A DNA stretch of 64,000 nucleotides from an uncultured delta proteobacterium (GTDB lineage Bacteria > Desulfobacterota > Syntrophia > Syntrophales > UBA2192): contig CAWHEJ010000012.1 of assembly GCA_963828305.1 (NCBI GenBank), positions 117,129 through 181,128 of the forward strand. The letters run 5' to 3'. A program made the translations under genes and the position numbers. This document shows positions 59,680 to 64,000 of this stretch, in pieces. Each line of letters opens with the position of its first letter. Within the stretch, counting starts at the first letter, position 1. Under the pieces are notes generated by a model. That model was given only the letters and a program-made list of their open reading frames with translations. It searched no databases and had not been told where the DNA came from.

Positions 59680-61167
59680 ATGGCTGAGCCAAGGATTCTG
59701 ACCGATCCCTGCACCATCGTCATCTTCGGCGCCTCGGGCGATCTGACGTGGCGCAAGCTCGTGCCTGCGCTGCACAGTCTTTCCTGCGAAGGTCTCGTCC
59801 ACCCCAACACCGGGATCGTTGGGGTGGCGCGCACGCCTCTCGATAAAAAGGCCTTCACCGACCATCTCTATGAAGGGGTCCTCGGTTACGGCCGGCTCAA
59901 GCCCGAGAAAGATACCCTCTGTGATGCCTGGCAGCAATTCGCTCCCCGAATCGATTATATCCACGGGGACTACGATGATCATGAGTTGTATGTCTCCCTG
60001 GGTAAACTGCTGGACAACCCCGAGATACGGTCATGGGCGAAAGGAAACGTCCTTTTCTACCTGGCTACCCCACCTGAGCTCTTTCCTGTCATCGTGGGGC
60101 ACCTCGGATCCGCAGGAATGAACCGGAGCTACCCGGGATGGCGTCGGATCATCGTCGAGAAACCCTTCGGCCGCCACGTGAAGAGTGCCCGGAGATTGAA
60201 CGATGAACTCTACTCTGTCTTCACGGAAAATCAGATCTTCCGGATCGACCACTACCTCGGGAAGGAGACGGTCCAGAACATTCTCTCTCTGCGCTTCGCC
60301 AATGCGATCTTCGAGCCTCTGTGGAACCGCAACTACGTCGACCACATCCAGATCATGGTCGCCGAGCAGGTCGGTGTGGGCACCCGTGGCGGATACTACG
60401 ACCATTCCGGCGTCGTCCGGGACATGATCCAGAACCACCTGATACAGCTGCTTACCCTGATGACCATGGAGCCTCCCGTAGCCTATAACGCCCGGGCCCT
60501 GCGCGACGAAAAGGTCAAGGTGCTCCAGGCAGTCAGCAACGCCAAGCTCATGGACTGTGTCTGGGGCCAGTACCGCGGTTATCGGGACGAGCCTGGAGTA
60601 GCGCCCGACTCGAGAACACCGACCTACGCTGCCCTCAAAGTCTACGTAGACAACTGGCGGTGGCAGGGGGTGCCCATCTATCTCCGGACAGGGAAAAAGC
60701 TGGCCGAGCGGTCTTCCGAAATCTCCCTGCAATTCAAGCGGGTGCCCCATTTCCTGTTCCCGGAGAACTGCGATCCCACGCCAAACCACGTCTCCATCTG
60801 CATCGCCCCCGACGAGGGCGTTCACCTGGGCTTCGAGACAAAGGTCCCCGGCATCTCGATGAAGACGGACCCCGTCGACATGATTTTTCGATACTGCGAC
60901 CGGTTTCCGAGCTCTGTCATCCCCGACGCCTACGAACGCCTGCTGACGGATGCCATCCAAGGGGATGCTACCCTCTTTGCCCGCCGGGATGAAATTGAGT
61001 GGTCCTGGAACGTCGTGGATTGGCTCATCTCAGCCATGGAAAAGCCCGCAGCGCCGCCGCCTCTTCTTTACGAGCCGGGCAGTTGGGGTCCCGAGGAGGC
61101 GAATCAATTTATCGGCCGGGATGGCTTCACGTGGCACCATAGCTGCAGCCGGGGTGATGCTTCATGA
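59680..61167 (+). CDS. zwf: glucose-6-phosphate 1-dehydrogenase
   Basis: IVIFGASGDLTWRKL and the RIDHYLGKE signature. Confidence 0.9.
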   Translation: MAEPRILTDPCTIVIFGASGDLTWRKLVPALHSLSCEGLVHPNTGIVGVARTPLDKKAFTDHLYEGVLGYGRLKPEKDTLCDAWQQFAPRIDYIHGDYDDHELYVSLGKLLDNPEIRSWAKGNVLFYLATPPELFPVIVGHLGSAGMNRSYPGWRRIIVEKPFGRHVKSARRLNDELYSVFTENQIFRIDHYLGKETVQNILSLRFANAIFEPLWNRNYVDHIQIMVAEQVGVGTRGGYYDHSGVVRDMIQNHLIQLLTLMTMEPPVAYNARALRDEKVKVLQAVSNAKLMDCVWGQYRGYRDEPGVAPDSRTPTYAALKVYVDNWRWQGVPIYLRTGKKLAERSSEISLQFKRVPHFLFPENCDPTPNHVSICIAPDEGVHLGFETKVPGISMKTDPVDMIFRYCDRFPSSVIPDAYERLLTDAIQGDATLFARRDEIEWSWNVVDWLISAMEKPAAPPPLLYEPGSWGPEEANQFIGRDGFTWHHSCSRGDAS

Positions 61168-61910
61168 TGTCCGTCGAGATCTTCCCCGCCCCCATGCAGA
61201 TGTCCGAAGCTGCGGCAAAGCTGTTTACCGCAAGGGCGGCCGAGGCCGTGTCGGCGCGAGGCCTTTTCACCGCGGCCCTCAGCGGCGGGAAGACCCCGGT
61301 CGCGATCTATGCCTTTCTAGCGCAAGCCCCCTTCATATCGCAGATCCCCTGGGCGCACGTTCATCTCTTCTGGGGGGATGAGCGATGCGTGCCCCCCGAC
61401 CACGGGGACAGCAACTACCGGATGACCCGGGAATTCCTTCTCGATCATGTCCCCATCCCGCCGGCCAACATCCACCGGATGCCGGGAGAGATGGACCCCG
61501 CGGAGGCCCCGGCCCGATACGAAAAGGAACTGAGGGAATTCTTCGCACCGCACGGGGATGACTTTCCCGTCTTTGACTTCATCCTTCTCGGCCTCGGTGA
61601 AGACGGCCACACGGCCTCGCTTTTTCCCGGCACCCGGGCAATCCGCGAATCGGCACGTTGGGTTGCCGGCCACTTCGTGGATGCGCAGAAGGGCTGGCGG
61701 ATCACCCTGACACCGCCTGTCATCAACTCCGCACGCATGGTAGCCTTCATCGTTGCAGGAGCCGGGAAGGCAGCCGTCCTGAAGGAGATCCTGGAGGGGC
61801 CCTTCCGGCCCGATACACTCCCCGCGCAGATCGTCAGGCCTGCTGACGGCACTCTTTTGTGGATGCTGGACTGCGAGGCGGCAGCCCTGCTGAAAAGAGG
61901 GAAAACATGA
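61164..61910 (+). CDS. pgl: 6-phosphogluconolactonase
   Basis: LSGGKTP, LFWGDERCVP and LLGLGEDGHTASLFP motifs. Confidence 0.85.
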   Translation: MMSVEIFPAPMQMSEAAAKLFTARAAEAVSARGLFTAALSGGKTPVAIYAFLAQAPFISQIPWAHVHLFWGDERCVPPDHGDSNYRMTREFLLDHVPIPPANIHRMPGEMDPAEAPARYEKELREFFAPHGDDFPVFDFILLGLGEDGHTASLFPGTRAIRESARWVAGHFVDAQKGWRITLTPPVINSARMVAFIVAGAGKAAVLKEILEGPFRPDTLPAQIVRPADGTLLWMLDCEAAALLKRGKT

Positions 61911-62620
61911 CCCGCACGGCGAAAACGATGTTCCTGTTTCTTGTCATCATCCTTCTGCCTGCCCTCGCGGCCGCTCAGGGGAGAGTCCTGCTGCGTGAGG
62001 AATTCAATGACCTCGCCAAATGGCGGCCCGTCACGTTCCCGAAGATCAAGGAGCACACGCAGTACACCATCGAAGACCAGGGGCGCGAAAAGGTCCTCCG
62101 GGCCGAAAGCCGCGCCTCGGCCTCGGCCATCGTCTACCGGAGCCCCTTCAATGTTTTCGATCATCCCCGGCTTCACTGGAAATGGAAGGTCGAAAACGTT
62201 TACGACAAGGGCAATGCCCGGACGAAAGAAGGCGACGATTACCCCCTGAGGATCTACGTCCTTTTCGAGTACGACCCGGACAAGGCAGGCACCTACGACA
62301 AAGCGAAATATGGGCTTGCCAAGGCGCTCTATGGCGAATACCCGCCCCACAGCGCCTTGAATTACATCTGGACGAGCCGGGAGGACGAGAGTGGCATCAT
62401 CACGAACCCCTACGCGTCGAATACGAAGATGATCGTACTCCAGAAGGGAAAGAAGAACCTCGGCCGGTGGATCGTGGAGGAGCGAAACATCCTTGACGAC
62501 TACCGCAAGGCCTTCGGGAGCGACCCGCCCACCATGGCCACCCTCGGGATCATGAACGATTCGGACAACACCAAAGAGGCCTCCGTCTCCTACGTGGGGT
62601 TTATCGAGGTGTACCGATAG
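61907..62620 (+). CDS. DUF3047 domain secreted protein
   Basis: Signal peptide. The YPLRIYVLFEYDP and NYIWTSRE motifs are typical of DUF3047. 4-nt overlap with pgl. Confidence 0.6.
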   Translation: MTRTAKTMFLFLVIILLPALAAAQGRVLLREEFNDLAKWRPVTFPKIKEHTQYTIEDQGREKVLRAESRASASAIVYRSPFNVFDHPRLHWKWKVENVYDKGNARTKEGDDYPLRIYVLFEYDPDKAGTYDKAKYGLAKALYGEYPPHSALNYIWTSREDESGIITNPYASNTKMIVLQKGKKNLGRWIVEERNILDDYRKAFGSDPPTMATLGIMNDSDNTKEASVSYVGFIEVYR

Positions 62621-62660
62621 GAGGCGCGAGGATCGAGGACGGAAGAAGAAAAGGGAGCGG
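62621..62660. repeat. GGA-rich heptamer array (GMGAGGA x3 and following)
   Basis: gaggcgc gaggatc gaggacg gaagaag aaaaggg agcggag. Confidence 0.5.
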
Positions 62661-62669
62661 AGTTTTATC

Positions 62670-64000
62670 ATGGCGAAATATGATTTTGACATCGGCATCA
62701 TCGGCGGGGGGTCGGCGGGGCTGACGATCGCGGCAGGGGCTGCGCAGCTCGGCGCAAAGACCCTGCTGATCGAAAAGGAAAAGGTACTCGGTGGGGACTG
62801 CCTCCACTTCGGTTGCGTGCCCAGCAAGACCCTGATCAAGACGGCCAATGTCTATCACCAGATGAAGAACGCGATGACCTACGGTCTGCCCGAGATGGAT
62901 GTTAAGCCCATCGACTTCGCAAAGGTCGTCGGGCGAATCCGCTCCGTCATCAGCACGATCCAGAAGCACGACTCGGCGGAGCGCTTCTGCGGCCTCGGCG
63001 CCCGCGTGGAATTCGGAAGCCCCGCCTTCGTCGACGAGCACAGCGTGAGCCTCGATGGGATCCCGTATACTGCAAAGACCTGGGTCATCGCGACGGGCTC
63101 CTCCCCGGTCATCCCGCCCATTGCGGGCCTCGAAAAGACCGGCTGCATGACCAACCGGGATATCTTCACCCTCGAGCGCCTGCCGAAATCGATGATCATC
63201 ATCGGCGGCGGGCCTGTCGGCATCGAGATGGGCCAGGCGTTCAACCGGCTCGGGACAACCGTGACGATCGTCGAGATGGGGGCCGCCATCCTGCCGAAGG
63301 AGGACAAGGACATGGCCGATCTCGTCATGGGCGTGCTCCAGGCCGAAGGGGTCCGCTTCCGTCTCGATGCCACGGTCCTGAGGGCGGTGAAAACCGGGAC
63401 GGAGCATGAGGTCGTGATCAAGATCGGCGACACGACGGAGGCCCTGTGCGCGGAGACGATCCTCGTGGCCGCGGGAAGAGAAGCCAACCTGAAGGGACTC
63501 GGCCTGGAAATCATCGGGGTCGAATTCGACCGGCGGGGCCTCAAGCTCGATGAGCGGCTCAGGACCACTCAGAAACACATCTACGGCGCAGGGGATGTGA
63601 CGGGCGGCTACCCGTTCACGCACGCGGCGGGATATGAAGGCGGCGTCGTCGTAACCAACGCCGTCTTCCGCCTCCCCCGCAAGGTGGACTACACGTACCT
63701 TCCCTGGTGTACCTACACGGACCCGGAGCTTGCAAGCATCGGCATGAACGAGACGGCAGCGAAAGAGGCGGGGATACGGTACGATGTCTGGTCCGAGAAC
63801 TTCCGCGACAACGACCGCAGCCTCGCGGAAGGAGAGGCGACGGGGAAGATCAAGATGCTCCTCGACGAGAAGGAGAAGCCGATCGGCGTGCAGATCCTGG
63901 GCCCGAGGGCGGGGGATCTCCTCGCGGAGTGGGTCGCTGTGTTCAACGGAAAAACAGGACTATCCACACTGGCTGCGGCCGTGCACCCCTACCCCACGCT
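62670..64000 (+). CDS. pyridine nucleotide-disulfide oxidoreductase (dihydrolipoyl dehydrogenase / mercuric reductase family), 3' end beyond window
   Basis: DIGIIGGGSAGL FAD motif, redox-active disulfide GGDCLHFGCVPSK, NAD site IIGGGPVGIEMG. The reading frame stays open to the window edge. Confidence 0.8.
   Translation, partial: MAKYDFDIGIIGGGSAGLTIAAGAAQLGAKTLLIEKEKVLGGDCLHFGCVPSKTLIKTANVYHQMKNAMTYGLPEMDVKPIDFAKVVGRIRSVISTIQKHDSAERFCGLGARVEFGSPAFVDEHSVSLDGIPYTAKTWVIATGSSPVIPPIAGLEKTGCMTNRDIFTLERLPKSMIIIGGGPVGIEMGQAFNRLGTTVTIVEMGAAILPKEDKDMADLVMGVLQAEGVRFRLDATVLRAVKTGTEHEVVIKIGDTTEALCAETILVAAGREANLKGLGLEIIGVEFDRRGLKLDERLRTTQKHIYGAGDVTGGYPFTHAAGYEGGVVVTNAVFRLPRKVDYTYLPWCTYTDPELASIGMNETAAKEAGIRYDVWSENFRDNDRSLAEGEATGKIKMLLDEKEKPIGVQILGPRAGDLLAEWVAVFNGKTGLSTLAAAVHPYPT

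Overview
This 64 kb window is a high-GC (about 62-65%) bacterial chromosomal segment, gene-dense on both strands. Its gene content fits an anaerobic, Deltaproteobacteria/Desulfobacterota-like organism (tungstate ABC transporter, many Sec-compatible features, tal-pgi fusion), but that is a low-confidence guess. It has no rRNA or tRNA genes and no CRISPR array.

Backbone genes:
- Helicases and chaperone: hrpA (5' partial), an orphan groEL behind a stand-alone receiver gene, a DEAD-box helicase and recQ.
- AAA+/chaperone-like pair: a MoxR ATPase with its VWA partner.
- Metal uptake and storage: a tupABC tungstate transporter, a second broken tupA, a broken regulator, and a molybdenum-storage-protein-like gene.
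- Sugar metabolism: a complete pentose-phosphate/glycolytic entry cluster (glk, tkt, tal-pgi fusion, rpiA, gnd-like, zwf, pgl).
- Cell envelope: mtgA and a lytic transglycosylase.
- Many DUF and hypothetical proteins.

Most notable observations:
1. A MerB-like (organomercurial-lyase-like) gene on the minus strand (39498..40250) is interrupted by exactly two in-frame TGA codons. Both fall where I remember MerB's catalytic cysteines (Cys96, Cys159). A SECIS-like hairpin sits 12 nt after the second TGA, and a strong SD precedes the start. This looks like a selenoprotein with two selenocysteines at the active site, inside a lower-GC, repeat-flanked accessory stretch.
2. A flotillin/SPFH gene (about 48% GC) lies in a 2.5 kb low-GC block bounded by two 66 bp near-identical palindromic elements. 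A third degenerate copy is at 46.4 kb.
3. A MoSto-like (molybdenum/tungsten storage) amino-acid-kinase-fold gene sits next to tupABC. With it are a TiaS-N-terminal-like protein and an 82-aa ORF.
4. Four frameshifts affect three adjacent genes (10.0-13.2 kb). Two share the context GG-A-GT.
5. Short 7-8 nt tandem repeat arrays (CACTCAGA-type, GGA-rich, CCRCAAG, ACGCTRC) sit immediately downstream of many stop codons.
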